Below, in pieces: positions 10,078 through 20,302 of a stretch of 55,572 nucleotides of DNA. Source of the stretch: an uncultured Muribaculaceae bacterium (GTDB lineage Bacteria; Bacteroidota; Bacteroidia; Bacteroidales; Muribaculaceae); assembly GCA_945931475.1 (NCBI GenBank), contig CAMEPD010000004.1:1-55572 (forward strand), in the 5' to 3' direction. The notes under the pieces are model-generated. The model was given only the letters and a program-made list of their open reading frames with translations, ran no database searches and was not told the origin of the DNA. The stretch's first letter is position 1, and each line of letters starts with the position of its first letter. The position numbers were made by a program, and so were the translations under genes.

Positions 10078-11547
10078 ATGAAACGCAATCCCGCTTCAAT
10101 ACTTGTGGCGGCGGTAACCCTCCTGATGGTGGCCGCCTACGTGATTGCGCCTTACGCCGTCGACGACTGGTCGTATATATCGGTATTCCGCACCCACGAC
10201 GCCCTTCACCCCGACTGGCCCACTCTCGTGGTGAAATATATGCCGCGCCACTGGCTCGGCGTCAACGGCCGCGGCGCCAATTTCCTGGTGGCCTACGCCA
10301 TGGCTTTCCTGCCGAAATGGCTCGTGTCGGCCTTCTGCGGCGCTGCCGTGGGCGCGATGCTGGCCTTAGTGCTTCGCCTGGGCGGCGTATGGCACCGCAG
10401 CGGCCGCACTACGCTCGCTGTCAGTACCGTAGCAGTGATTCTGCTTCTCTTCCCCTGGTGGGACTGGATGTATTCGGTAGACCTCAATTTCAACTACGTG
10501 GTCGCCACGGTGTTCCCGCTGGCGTTCCTCCTTGGGATGCGCGCCAACCTCTCGCCGTGGCTACTCTGCCCACTGGGGCTCGTGGCCGGCTGTATGCACG
10601 AGGCGGTGGCCGTGCCTGTCATGGCCGGAATCGTGTGGCTCATGATGTCAAACCGGGTTCCCTGGCGCTCGCTGCCGGAGCGCACACGTGCCGCTCTGAT
10701 GTGCTTCGCTTTCGGTGTGGCGGTGGTTCTCTTTTCTCCCGGAATATGGGGGCGGTTCCTTCACCCCGGCCGCGGTGCCGACGGCCCGATGTGGGAGATA
10801 GTCATTTTCTCGGCGCCCATGACGCTGCTGATGCTCGCGCTGTTCGGCATCGCGCTGTGTCGCCCTGCGTCACGGCAGCGGTTTGCCGCGGAGCTGCGCC
10901 GGCCGCTCGGCTTCTTCTTCGTAGCGGCCGTGGTGTCGCTCTGCTTCTGCGCGGTGAGCGGTGTGTTAGGCCGCAGCGGATGGTTCTCGCAGATTTTCTC
11001 CATCATCGCCATGCTTTTATGGTTTGGCGGTTCACACGTCAGGCTCCCCAGGCCGGCGGCTGCAACAGTTTCCACGCTGATGTGCGTGCTTTCGCTCGCC
11101 GTCTGCATTTTGCCTATCCCGCGCCTCGTCACAGTAGCGCGCGCCCAGGAATCGCTCGTTTCGACTCCCGACGGCCTCTGGTTCGGCCAACTCCCCGATG
11201 AACACTCGCAGCAGCTGTGGCTCCTCGGACGTGTTCGTTCCGTAGAACCCTCCGATACCTACTATCTCGGCGAAATGGCTCGCTATTACGCAAAGAGTCA
11301 GTTAGTTCCGCTTCCGGCCGACGCCCGGCAGTACATCGGCAATCCGCCTACGGCCCCCGTTTCCCTCGCCGACGGTTCGGTCATCGCCCCCGATACGCCG
11401 CCCGGATGCCGGGTATTGTCGATAGAGGGGCCCGGCTTCCGGTATATCGGTCCAGGTGGCGATGTATGGGTCTGCGCACCATTCACAACCACGTCCGGTG
11501 TGAGGCTATACCACCTTTTCCCCTACCGTCCCTTCTACGCCGAGTGA
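10078..11547 (+). CDS. polytopic membrane protein, function unknown (possibly sugar-polymer-related, co-operonic with DUF2723 and deacetylase)
   Basis: 489-aa ORF with >10 hydrophobic segments. It begins 11 bp after the deacetylase stop on the same strand. Confidence 0.55.
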   Translation: MKRNPASILVAAVTLLMVAAYVIAPYAVDDWSYISVFRTHDALHPDWPTLVVKYMPRHWLGVNGRGANFLVAYAMAFLPKWLVSAFCGAAVGAMLALVLRLGGVWHRSGRTTLAVSTVAVILLLFPWWDWMYSVDLNFNYVVATVFPLAFLLGMRANLSPWLLCPLGLVAGCMHEAVAVPVMAGIVWLMMSNRVPWRSLPERTRAALMCFAFGVAVVLFSPGIWGRFLHPGRGADGPMWEIVIFSAPMTLLMLALFGIALCRPASRQRFAAELRRPLGFFFVAAVVSLCFCAVSGVLGRSGWFSQIFSIIAMLLWFGGSHVRLPRPAAATVSTLMCVLSLAVCILPIPRLVTVARAQESLVSTPDGLWFGQLPDEHSQQLWLLGRVRSVEPSDTYYLGEMARYYAKSQLVPLPADARQYIGNPPTAPVSLADGSVIAPDTPPGCRVLSIEGPGFRYIGPGGDVWVCAPFTTTSGVRLYHLFPYRPFYAE

Positions 11548-11588
11548 TTTTTTTCGCCCGGCGTTGTTCTGTTCTCGCCGTTATGTGT

Positions 11589-11596
11589 TATATTTG
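11589..11596 (+). promoter_or_regulatory. Bacteroidota -7 promoter box TATATTTG (consensus TAnnTTTG) upstream of the alcohol dehydrogenase gene
   Basis: Exact match to TAnnTTTG ~27 bp upstream of the ATG at 11623; this supports 11623 rather than 11596 as the start. Confidence 0.4.
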
Positions 11597-11622
11597 TGGG
11601 AAAGAAAAAACTACGGATTATA

Positions 11623-12804
11623 ATGGAGAATTTCACTTTCTGCTCGCCGACGCGCTATCTGTTCGGCAAAGGTGTTGAGGCCGAAACCGGCCGGTTAGTC
11701 AACGAAATGGGCGCCAAAAAGGTGCTGGTGGTCTATGGCGGCGGCTCCGCCAAGCGCTCAGGCCTTCTCGACCGCGTGGAGAAATCGCTGCGCGATGCCG
11801 GTGTGGAATACACCGAACTCGGGGGCATTCAGCCGAACCCGGTAGACGGCCCCGTGCGCGAGGGCATCGAAATTGTGCGCCGCGAGGGCATCGACGGTCT
11901 GCTCCCCGTGGGGGGCGGCTCGGTGATCGACACAGCCAAAGCCATCGCTGCCGGCGCGCTATACGACGGTGATTTCTGGGACTTTTTCTGCGGTAAGTCT
12001 GTGGTTTCCAAGGCTCTGCCTATCGGCGTGGTGCTTACTATCCCGGCCGCCGGCAGCGAGGGTTCCGGCAACTCGGTTATCACTCTCGAGAGCGAGCGGC
12101 GCAAAATCTCAATCCGCACCGACTTCTGGTTGCGTCCGAAATTCGCCGTCATGAACCCTGAAGTAACCTATACACTCCCTCAGTATCAGACTGTTGCGGG
12201 CATCGCCGACATGATGGCCCATATCATGGAGCGCTATTTCACCACTACCGAAGGGGTCGAGACCACCGACCGACTATGCGAGGGGCTCCTGCTCGCTATC
12301 ATCCACAGCGCGAACCAGGTTGTGGCTCAGCCGGATGACTACGATGCGCGCGCCAACATCATGTGGGCCGGAACGCTCGCACACAACGGCGTGTGCGGAG
12401 TCGGACGCAAGGAGGACTGGGCCTCACACGGTCTCGAACATGAGCTGTCGGCCCTCTACGGCGTGACCCACGGGGCCGGGCTGGCCGTCGTGTTCCCGGC
12501 ATGGATGGAGTATATGGCTGCCAACCGTCCGGCCAAAATCGCCCAGTACGCGCGCCGCGTTTTCGGTGTCACCGAGGCCGACGATTTCGGAGCCGCACTT
12601 GAGGGTGTACGCCGTCTGCGTCTGTTCTTCAGGGAGATAGGGCTGCCGACCAACCTGAAGGAACTCGGCGTCGAGCACCCCGATTTCGACACTCTCGTCG
12701 CACGGTTCCACGAAAACAAAGGCATCCCCGCCGGTTCATATTATCCACTTTACCCCGACGACACCCGCGCCATCTACGAACTGATGGTCAAGGGTCGTTG
12801 TTGA
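11623..12804 (+). CDS. iron-containing (group III) alcohol dehydrogenase, butanol dehydrogenase-like
   Basis: MENFTF start typical of BdhA-like enzymes; GGGSVIDTAKAIA NAD/Fe-binding motif; conserved His residues (HGVCGV, HELSALYGVTHG). Confidence 0.85.
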   Translation: MENFTFCSPTRYLFGKGVEAETGRLVNEMGAKKVLVVYGGGSAKRSGLLDRVEKSLRDAGVEYTELGGIQPNPVDGPVREGIEIVRREGIDGLLPVGGGSVIDTAKAIAAGALYDGDFWDFFCGKSVVSKALPIGVVLTIPAAGSEGSGNSVITLESERRKISIRTDFWLRPKFAVMNPEVTYTLPQYQTVAGIADMMAHIMERYFTTTEGVETTDRLCEGLLLAIIHSANQVVAQPDDYDARANIMWAGTLAHNGVCGVGRKEDWASHGLEHELSALYGVTHGAGLAVVFPAWMEYMAANRPAKIAQYARRVFGVTEADDFGAALEGVRRLRLFFREIGLPTNLKELGVEHPDFDTLVARFHENKGIPAGSYYPLYPDDTRAIYELMVKGRC

Positions 12805-12817
12805 TTATTACCGAGCT

Positions 12818-13240
12818 ATGAAAAAAATTCTTGTGCTTGACGGCCCGAACCTCAACCTTGTCGGCGTGCGTGAACCGCAGATTTACGGCACTCAGCCCGT
12901 GCTAGGCTACCTGAAGAAAGTGAAAACTATCCATCAGGATATCAAAATATTATACACACAGAGCAACAGCGAAGGAAAGATTATCGATACCCTCCAGAAG
13001 TACGGGTTTGACGAAACTTTCGAGGGAATCGTACTGAACGCCGGGGCGTACACTCACACGTCGCTGGCTATTGCCGACTGCATCCGCGCGATTACCGTAC
13101 CGGTTGTGGAGGTGCATATCTCCAATGTTGCGGCGCGCGAGCCTATCCGCCGTCAGTCGCTCATCGCACCGGCCTGCCGTGGCGTCATCCAGGGGTTCGG
13201 CCTGAAGTCGTACAAACTGGCTATCGAATCGTTTCTCTGA
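12818..13240 (+). CDS. aroQ: type II 3-dehydroquinate dehydratase
   Basis: MKKILVLDGPNLNLVG...REP(Q)IYG N-terminus and HISN motif diagnostic for AroQ; 140 aa. Confidence 0.85.
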   Translation: MKKILVLDGPNLNLVGVREPQIYGTQPVLGYLKKVKTIHQDIKILYTQSNSEGKIIDTLQKYGFDETFEGIVLNAGAYTHTSLAIADCIRAITVPVVEVHISNVAAREPIRRQSLIAPACRGVIQGFGLKSYKLAIESFL

Positions 13241-13893
13241 TGGTAACGCCCGGTGAATTAGAGGATTATATCGAAGCGCACACCACCCCTGAGCCCGAAA
13301 ATCTCCGGGCGTTGGAGCGGCGTGTCAATCTGCATCTGCTCTATCCGCGCATGTGCTCGGGCAAGCTGCAGGGTCGCGTCCTGTCGATGCTTACGTCTAT
13401 GATCTCACCGCTTAGGGCCCTTGAGATAGGTACTTACGCCGGGTATTCGGCCCTCTGCATCGCCGAAGGGTTGCCACCCGGCGGACACCTCGACACGGTG
13501 GAAATTGACGATGAGATGGAGGACTTTATCCGTCACGAGTTTGCGCAATCGCCTTACGGAGAGCGTATTACGCTGCACATCGGTGATGCCGGCGACGTGC
13601 TGCCACAGTTGGCTTTCGCAACCGGCTTCCAGCCATACGACATGGCATACATCGACGCAAACAAGCGCATCTACCTCGAGACTTACGAGCAGGTTCTGCC
13701 ACTGCTCCGCCCGGGTGGTTTCCTGTTGGCTGACAATACGTTATGGGATGGCAAGGTGCTTGACGGGGAGAGTCGCGACGCACAGACGCGCGGCCTCATG
13801 GCGTTCAACGATTTTGTTGTCAGCGACCCGCGAGTCAGCGTCGTCATGCTGCCGCTTCGCGACGGTCTGACGCTAATCCGTAAAAACAGCTGA
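13240..13893 (+). CDS. class I SAM-dependent O-methyltransferase (caffeoyl-CoA O-methyltransferase family 3)
   Basis: LEIGTYAGYSAL SAM-binding motif and AYIDANKRIYLETYE region typical of O-MT family 3; TGATG overlap with the aroQ stop. Confidence 0.8.
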   Translation: MVTPGELEDYIEAHTTPEPENLRALERRVNLHLLYPRMCSGKLQGRVLSMLTSMISPLRALEIGTYAGYSALCIAEGLPPGGHLDTVEIDDEMEDFIRHEFAQSPYGERITLHIGDAGDVLPQLAFATGFQPYDMAYIDANKRIYLETYEQVLPLLRPGGFLLADNTLWDGKVLDGESRDAQTRGLMAFNDFVVSDPRVSVVMLPLRDGLTLIRKNS

Positions 13894-13928
13894 TCTGAAA
13901 AAATCGCTAATCGCAAAAAATAAGCTAA

Positions 13929-15002
13929 TCAGGAATCCAGCAGCTGCCATGCCGCCTGGAACGGCGACAGTCGGTTCGACAGCACCAGCCGCTCGGCCTC
14001 GGCAATCTTCGGGGCGCGCATCGGGTCATCGTAGAACCGGCGGCGCAGCTCCGAATCGATAGTCTCGTACATCCAGTAGCGCGCCTGCTGCCGACGCCGC
14101 TCGTCGAAGTAGCCGTTATGCTCCACGAAGGCGAAATAGCGGTCGATCATGTCCCATATCTCCTTGATTCCAAGCTCGTAATACCCGGAGTATGTGAGCA
14201 CTTCGGGTGTCCAGCCCGACGGCGGGGTGGGGAAGAGATGAAGCGCCGCGCGGTACTGAGCCTGCGCCAGTTTGGCGCGCTCCACGTTGTCGCCGTCGGC
14301 CTTGTTGATGACGATGCCGTCGGCCATCTCCATGATGCCGCGCTTGATGCCCTGCAGCTCATCGCCGGCACCGGCTATCTGTATCAGCAGGAAGAAATCG
14401 ACCATCGAATGTACGGCTGTTTCGCTCTGACCGACACCCACGGTTTCTACGAAAATATTGTTGTAGCCCGCTGCCTCGCAGAGTATTATCGTTTCGCGGG
14501 TCTTGCGTGCCACGCCGCCGAGCGATCCGGCCGACGGGGAAGGGCGAATGAAGGCATCGGGGTGTTGCGACAGTTTCTCCATGCGGGTCTTGTCGCCTAA
14601 TATAGAGCCGTTTGAACGTTCCGACGAGGGGTCGATAGCAAGCACGGCGAGTTTGCCCCCGTCGCGCAGCACATGGAGGCCGAAAACGTCGATTGATGTC
14701 GACTTACCGGCTCCCGGAACGCCGGTGATGCCGATGCGGCGCGACTTTCCGGAGTAGGGGAGGCACTTCTCAATTACCTCACGTGCAAGCTGTTGGTGCG
14801 CCGGAGCTATGCTTTCCACAAGGGTGACGCCACGGGCGAGCGCGTTGATATCCCCCTTGAGGACGCCTTCAACCAACTCGCCGGCCGTAGGGAGGCTGCG
14901 GCGTTTCCGGGGCTTCAGGTAGGGGTTGACCAGGGGGGGCTGCTGTATGCCGGATTTTACGGCGAGTCCCTTGTATGATTTGTCGTTTTCGGGGTGTTCC
15001 AT
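13929..15002 (-). CDS. meaB: methylmalonyl-CoA mutase-associated GTPase MeaB/ArgK
   Basis: P-loop GITGVPGAGKST, NKAD GTPase motif (VINKADGDN); 357 aa. Confidence 0.8.
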   Translation of the reverse strand: MEHPENDKSYKGLAVKSGIQQPPLVNPYLKPRKRRSLPTAGELVEGVLKGDINALARGVTLVESIAPAHQQLAREVIEKCLPYSGKSRRIGITGVPGAGKSTSIDVFGLHVLRDGGKLAVLAIDPSSERSNGSILGDKTRMEKLSQHPDAFIRPSPSAGSLGGVARKTRETIILCEAAGYNNIFVETVGVGQSETAVHSMVDFFLLIQIAGAGDELQGIKRGIMEMADGIVINKADGDNVERAKLAQAQYRAALHLFPTPPSGWTPEVLTYSGYYELGIKEIWDMIDRYFAFVEHNGYFDERRRQQARYWMYETIDSELRRRFYDDPMRAPKIAEAERLVLSNRLSPFQAAWQLLDS

Positions 15003-15034
15003 GGTATATAATATGCCTCTTAAAGTTTTAAAAA

Positions 15035-17851
15035 TCAGTGGGCTTCAAGCCAGTTTTCGCCAGTGCCCGACGATACTTCGAGCGGTACGTCGAAGTGCGG
15101 TACCGGGAAGCCGGTGACAAGGTTCGGAGCGTCGGACATCAGACGTGTCACCAACTCCTGCAGGGCCGGCAGTTCGTCGGGTACGACATTGAAAATCAGT
15201 TCATCGTGCACTTGCATGATCATCTGCGAGCGCATACCGCGAGCAACCATTTCGTTGTAGATTTTTATCATTGCCACCTTGATGACGTCGGCGGCTGACC
15301 CCTGGAGAGGGGCGTTGACGGCGTTGCGTTCGGCGAAGTTGCGCACCGTGGCGTTGCGCGAATTGATGTCGGGGAGGTATCGCTTGCGGCCGAGCACGGT
15401 GGTGACGTAACCGTCCTTGCGTGCTTCCTCAACGGCGCGGTTGATATACTGGCGGATATGTGGATATGTCCGGAAATATCCCTCTATCAACTCTTTGGCC
15501 TCGCTGCGAGGAATGCTCAGACGTTCCGACAGGCCGAAGGCCGAAATGCCGTACACGGTGCCGAAATTGGCGGTTTTGGCCTTGCGGCGCTGGTCGGCCG
15601 TTACCTCCTCGAGGGGAACGTGATATATTTTTGCGGCCGTGGAGCGGTGTATGTCGGCGCCCGAGAGGAATGCCTCGGTCAGTTCGGGGTCGTGGGCCAG
15701 GTTGGCAAGCAGGCGCAGTTCAATCTGCGAGTAGTCGGCCGAGAGGATGATGCATCCGGGGTCGGCAATGAAGGCGCGGCGCACCTCGCGGCCATCCTCG
15801 GTACGCACCGGGATGTTCTGCAGGTTGGGATTCACCGACGACAGGCGTCCCGTGGCTGTAACTGTCTGACCGAAAGTGGTATGTATCTTTCCGGTGGCAG
15901 GATTCACCATACCCGGAAGGGCGTCGATGTAGGTGGCTAATAGCTTTTTGAGGGCGCGGGCGCGCAGTATGAGGTCGACCAACGGCACACTCGCGCGGTA
16001 TTTTTCGAGTATCTCCTCGGTGGTGGAGTAGGAGCCCTTTTTGGTCTTCTTGGCCTTGGGGTCGAGCTGCATCTTGCCGAAGAGAATCTCGCCGACCTGC
16101 ATAGGCGAACCGATGTTAAACTTTTCACCTGCAAGCTCATAGCACTGCTGTTCGATGTCGCGAAGGCGCGCTGTCAGCTCCTTCGACTGCCGGTCTAACT
16201 CCATGACGTTGACCCTTACGCCAACCTCCTCCATCGAGGCGAGCACGCGGGCCATAGGCAGCTCGACCTCCTCGAACAGAGGGAGCTGGCCGTTCTCGCG
16301 GAGCAATTTGCGCAGCGGTTCGACAAGGCGCCGCACCAGGTCGGCCTGCTCGCCCAGGCGGTTTACTTCGGCCTCGGTGGCGATGGCGCCGTAAGGTTTG
16401 CGCGAAGTTGTCGACTCCTCGTAATTGCTTGTGCGATACTGTAATACGCTCAGCGCGATATCGGGCAACCGGTGGCGCATCTCCGGCTGCAGTATGTAGT
16501 GCGCGAGCGAAGTGTCGAAGTAGGGCGATGTGATTTCGACCCCTTCGCGATGCAGGAGCACCATGTCGCGCTTTATGTCGTGGCTCGACAGCAGAATGTC
16601 GGGCGATGTGAACAGCGGCCTGAGCAACTCAATCACCCCGTGGTGAGCGTCGGCGTCGGCCGACAGCCTCACCAGGCGGGCGCGTCGGTCGGCTGTGCTG
16701 ACAGCCACGGCGCGTATGGGGGCCGTCATGGCCTCCTCGCCCACAGCGTAGACCACTATCCCGACGTTGCTCCCCGGGCGGGTGGCCTCCTCGACGAGCC
16801 GCTTTATCTCATCGGGTTCGGAGATGGCCTTGTATTCGGTTTTCGATGCGTCAAACGCCTCAACCTCAGATGTTTGGTCGGCGGCGTCGCTCTCGATGAA
16901 GTCGAAGAGCGACGGCTGGGCCGGCACGGCTTTCGCCTCGGCTACCGGTGCTTTCGCGCCCTGTGGTTTCGACGCCTGTACACCCTTGAGTCGCGAGAGG
17001 AACATCTTGAATTCCAGGCGTCGGTATATCTCGGCGAGGGCCTCGACGTTTACCGGCCCGCGGCGCAGCGCATTGAAGTCGGCTGTCACGGGCACATCGG
17101 TGCGGATAGTGGCGAGGTCCTTCGAGAAGAGTATCTGGCGCTCGTTTGTGCGTATCTTGTTGCCGAGCGCGCCCTTGATTTCGTCGGCGTGCCCTAACAT
17201 ATTCTCCACGGAGCCGTACTCGTTGATGAGCTTGACGGCCGTCTTCTGCCCGACGCCCGGGCAGCCGGGAATATTGTCGATTGAGTCACCTTCAAGTGCC
17301 AGCAGGTCAATTACTTGCCGGGTATTCTCGATGCCGTAGCGCTCGCAAACCTCGCGCGGGCCGCGTATCTCGAAATCCTGACCGCGGAGCGACGGCCGGT
17401 ACTGCAGTATACGGTCGGTGACGAGCTGCCCGAAATCCTTGTCGGGGGTCATCATGTAGGCTGTGAACCCCTCGGCGGCGGCCTGCGTGGCCAATGTGCC
17501 GATTACGTCGTCGGCCTCGTAGCCGGGTATCTCGAAGATGGGGATATCGTATGCCTGAATTATCTCCTTGATAATTGGCACCGAGAGTGTTATGTCCTCG
17601 GGTTGCTTCTCGCGGTTGGCCTTGTACTCCCCGAACATTTCGTGGCGGAAAGTTGGTCCGGAGGGGTCGAAGCACACGGCGATGTGCGTGGGGTTCTCCT
17701 TGGTGAGCACCTCATGCAGGGTGTTGCAGAAACCGAATATCGCCGAAGTGTTGAACCCCTTCGAAGTGATTCGCGGAGCGCGTATCAGCGCATAGTACGC
17801 CCTGTAAATCAGCGCGTAAGCATCGAGCAGAAACAGCTTCTTGTCGTCCAT
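15035..17851 (-). CDS. polA: DNA polymerase I
   Basis: 5'-3' exonuclease N-terminus (LLDAYALIYRAYYA); family A polymerase motifs (ADYSQIELRLLA; KxxxNFGxxYG; QVHDEL); 938 aa. Confidence 0.95.
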   Translation of the reverse strand: MDDKKLFLLDAYALIYRAYYALIRAPRITSKGFNTSAIFGFCNTLHEVLTKENPTHIAVCFDPSGPTFRHEMFGEYKANREKQPEDITLSVPIIKEIIQAYDIPIFEIPGYEADDVIGTLATQAAAEGFTAYMMTPDKDFGQLVTDRILQYRPSLRGQDFEIRGPREVCERYGIENTRQVIDLLALEGDSIDNIPGCPGVGQKTAVKLINEYGSVENMLGHADEIKGALGNKIRTNERQILFSKDLATIRTDVPVTADFNALRRGPVNVEALAEIYRRLEFKMFLSRLKGVQASKPQGAKAPVAEAKAVPAQPSLFDFIESDAADQTSEVEAFDASKTEYKAISEPDEIKRLVEEATRPGSNVGIVVYAVGEEAMTAPIRAVAVSTADRRARLVRLSADADAHHGVIELLRPLFTSPDILLSSHDIKRDMVLLHREGVEITSPYFDTSLAHYILQPEMRHRLPDIALSVLQYRTSNYEESTTSRKPYGAIATEAEVNRLGEQADLVRRLVEPLRKLLRENGQLPLFEEVELPMARVLASMEEVGVRVNVMELDRQSKELTARLRDIEQQCYELAGEKFNIGSPMQVGEILFGKMQLDPKAKKTKKGSYSTTEEILEKYRASVPLVDLILRARALKKLLATYIDALPGMVNPATGKIHTTFGQTVTATGRLSSVNPNLQNIPVRTEDGREVRRAFIADPGCIILSADYSQIELRLLANLAHDPELTEAFLSGADIHRSTAAKIYHVPLEEVTADQRRKAKTANFGTVYGISAFGLSERLSIPRSEAKELIEGYFRTYPHIRQYINRAVEEARKDGYVTTVLGRKRYLPDINSRNATVRNFAERNAVNAPLQGSAADVIKVAMIKIYNEMVARGMRSQMIMQVHDELIFNVVPDELPALQELVTRLMSDAPNLVTGFPVPHFDVPLEVSSGTGENWLEAH

Positions 17852-17908
17852 AATTCCGCCGGAAAAGGATAAGGGAACAGGGGATTGGGAAATGGGGGAT
17901 AGTATGGA

Positions 17909-18502
17909 TCAGTGGCAGCCGCAGCCTTCGCCGCAGCCGCACGAACCCTCTTTCTCATCGCAGCCGCAGTCGTCGCCGCAGCCGCAGCCGCCCTCCTTGT
18001 TGCCGCAGTGGCAGCCGTGGGCCGGGTGAAGCTCCTCCTCAGTGGCGTCGCGTACCTCCTGAATGCTGCCGTCGAAACGCACCGGTTTGCCGGCCAGCGG
18101 GTGGTTGAAGTCGAGTTTCACCTTGTCGGCGCCGACCTCCTTTACCAGGCCGTTGATGCGGAAACCGTCGGCGGTCATCATCGGCACATACGAGCCGGGT
18201 TTCACCATCTCGGCGTCGAATTTGCCGTCGACATAGAAGAGTTCCTTGTCGAGCTCAACAATCTGTTCGGGGTCGTAGGGACCGAAGGCCTGCTCGGCCG
18301 TGGCCTCCACGTTGAAGCTATCCCCCTTCTCCAGGCCCTCGATGGCCTCTTCCAAGGGGACAATCACGCCGCGGGTTACGCCGTAAATCAGCTTTTCGGG
18401 GTCCTCGGGGTCAGATTCGTGCACAAGTTTGTCGCTGCCGTCGGGCAGTACCTCGTAGAGCTTGTATACAAGTTCTACATATTTTCCGGGTTCAATTTTC
18501 AT
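17909..18502 (-). CDS. slyD: FKBP-type peptidyl-prolyl cis-trans isomerase SlyD with Cys/His-rich metal-binding tail
   Basis: FKBP fold with insert-in-flap pattern, C-terminal HGCHCG...GCGCGDDCGC...CGCGEGCGCH tail. Confidence 0.8.
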   Translation of the reverse strand: MKIEPGKYVELVYKLYEVLPDGSDKLVHESDPEDPEKLIYGVTRGVIVPLEEAIEGLEKGDSFNVEATAEQAFGPYDPEQIVELDKELFYVDGKFDAEMVKPGSYVPMMTADGFRINGLVKEVGADKVKLDFNHPLAGKPVRFDGSIQEVRDATEEELHPAHGCHCGNKEGGCGCGDDCGCDEKEGSCGCGEGCGCH

Positions 18503-20085
18503 TTCTTATCGTTGATAGTGGTTGTTGGCGGATAGTCGAGGGTGAAGTGCAGACCGCGCGATTCGTGGCGCTCGCGTGCCTGACGCATAATCAGATAGCC
18601 TACGTTGATTATGTTTCGCAGCTCGCAGATTTCGCGTGAGGCTTTCGAGCACTTGAAGAGCTTCTCGGTCTCCTCATAGAGGATGTCGAGACGGTTCCAG
18701 GCGCGGTCGAGTCGCAGATTCGACCTCACAATTCCAACATATACGCCCATAATCTGGTTCACTTCGCGTATCGACTGAGTGATCAGCACCATCTCCTCGG
18801 GGTGGGTGGTGCCCTCGTCGTTCCATTCGGGCACATCCTTGCGCAGGTCGATGTGCTTCACCGCCTCGCGGGCGTGGCGCGCTGCCGCGTCGGCATACAC
18901 CACCGCTTCGATCAGTGAATTGGAGGCCAGACGGTTGCCGCCGTGCAGACCCGTACACGAGCATTCGCCCACGGCGTATAGATGCTTGATCGACGATTCG
19001 CCGTTGGTGTCGACGGCGATGCCGCCGCACAGATAGTGTGCCGCCGGGGCCACCGGGATATAGTCCTTGGTTATGTCGATGCCCAGCGACAGGCATTTCT
19101 TGTAGATGTTGGGGAAGTGGTGGCGGGTCTCCTCGGGATCCTTGTGGGTGACGTCGAGGAACACATGGTCGTCGCCCGTAGCCTTCATCTCCGAGTCGAT
19201 GGCGCGGGCCACCACATCGCGGGGCGCCAGCTCCATACGCTCGTCGTATTTCCCCATGAAGCGCTCGCCCCGCTTGTTGCGCAGTATGGCGCCGTACCCG
19301 CGCATCGCCTCGGTGATGAGAAACGACGGGCGGTCGCCCGGGTGGAACAGTGCCGTGGGGTGGAACTGGATGAACTCCATGTCCTTCACCGTGCCCTTGG
19401 CGCGGTAGACCATGGCGATGCCGTCGCCGGTGGCCACCAGGGGGTTCGTGGTGGTGGTGTACACGGCCCCGCAGCCGCCGGTAGCCATCAGCGTGACGCG
19501 CGACAGGAAGGTGTCGACACGCCCCTCCGGGGTGAGGATGTACGCCCCGTAGCAGGTGATGTCGGGGGTGCGGCGGGTTACAATCTTGCCCAAGTGGTGC
19601 TGCGTGATAATTTCGATGGCGAAATGGTGCTCGTAGACGTCGATGTCCTTATGGGCGCGCACTGCCTCGATGAGACTCGTCTGAATCTCGTGGCCGGTGT
19701 TGTCGGCGTGGTGGAGGATTCGGAATTCCGAGTGGCCCCCCTCGCGGTGCAGGTCGAATGTGCCGTCGTCCTTCCTGTCGAAATTTACGCCCCATTCGAT
19801 GAGCTGGCGTATCTGGCCCGGCGCCTCGGTGACAACCTTGCGGACCGCCTTGGGGTCCGACAGCCAGTCGCCGGCCACCATAGTGTCGTGGATATGTTTT
19901 TCGAAATCGTCGACTTCGAGGTTAGTGACAGAAGCCACCCCCCCCTGGGCCAGGTCGGTATTAGCTTCATCAAGGGTAGTTTTGCAAACAAGGGCTACAC
20001 GGGCCCCTTCACCGGCCACTTTAAGGGCAAAGCTCATACCGGCGATGCCCGAGCCGATCACGAGGTAATCGTATTCTCTTACCAT
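18499..20085 (-). CDS. nadB: L-aspartate oxidase
   Basis: FAD Rossmann DYLVIGSGIAG plus long collinear similarity to E. coli NadB (RGEGGH, HYxCGG, ESRGLHFTLDYP motifs); 528 aa. Confidence 0.9.
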   Translation of the reverse strand: MVREYDYLVIGSGIAGMSFALKVAGEGARVALVCKTTLDEANTDLAQGGVASVTNLEVDDFEKHIHDTMVAGDWLSDPKAVRKVVTEAPGQIRQLIEWGVNFDRKDDGTFDLHREGGHSEFRILHHADNTGHEIQTSLIEAVRAHKDIDVYEHHFAIEIITQHHLGKIVTRRTPDITCYGAYILTPEGRVDTFLSRVTLMATGGCGAVYTTTTNPLVATGDGIAMVYRAKGTVKDMEFIQFHPTALFHPGDRPSFLITEAMRGYGAILRNKRGERFMGKYDERMELAPRDVVARAIDSEMKATGDDHVFLDVTHKDPEETRHHFPNIYKKCLSLGIDITKDYIPVAPAAHYLCGGIAVDTNGESSIKHLYAVGECSCTGLHGGNRLASNSLIEAVVYADAAARHAREAVKHIDLRKDVPEWNDEGTTHPEEMVLITQSIREVNQIMGVYVGIVRSNLRLDRAWNRLDILYEETEKLFKCSKASREICELRNIINVGYLIMRQARERHESRGLHFTLDYPPTTTINDKK

Positions 20086-20240
20086 AACTGATGTGAATTA
20101 TTCAGACAGGAGGGAGAGCAAATGAGTGAGATTGCAAATTTACGGAAATTATCATTTCGGAGCAAAATAATTTTGCCCTGCCCCTCGCTCGGCAGGACCC
20201 TGGCCTCTTCCACGTCCCGTCCGTCCGTTCGTTCTTCTCT

Positions 20241-20302
20241 CACATAAGATACATTCGTCACATAAGATATATTCGTCACATCCCCCATATAAGATACATT
20301 CC
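20241..20302. repeat. tandem 18-bp repeats (CACATAAGATAYATTCGT x2 plus degenerate third unit) in nadB/WG divergent intergenic region
   Basis: Direct reading: cacataagatacattcgt cacataagatatattcgt cacat...cataagatacattcc. Confidence 0.6.

Noticed and set aside
10317-11201. 294-aa ORF in alternative frame over the 489-aa membrane protein gene
   Set aside because: Arg/Ala-rich out-of-frame translation; the membrane protein frame has coherent TM periodicity.
15458-17872. Multiple plus-strand ORFs (160-241 aa) opposite polA
   Set aside because: Shadow ORFs inside an unambiguous polA gene.
18982-20091. 369-aa plus-strand ORF opposite nadB
   Set aside because: Shadow ORF; nadB on the minus strand has unambiguous full-length homology.
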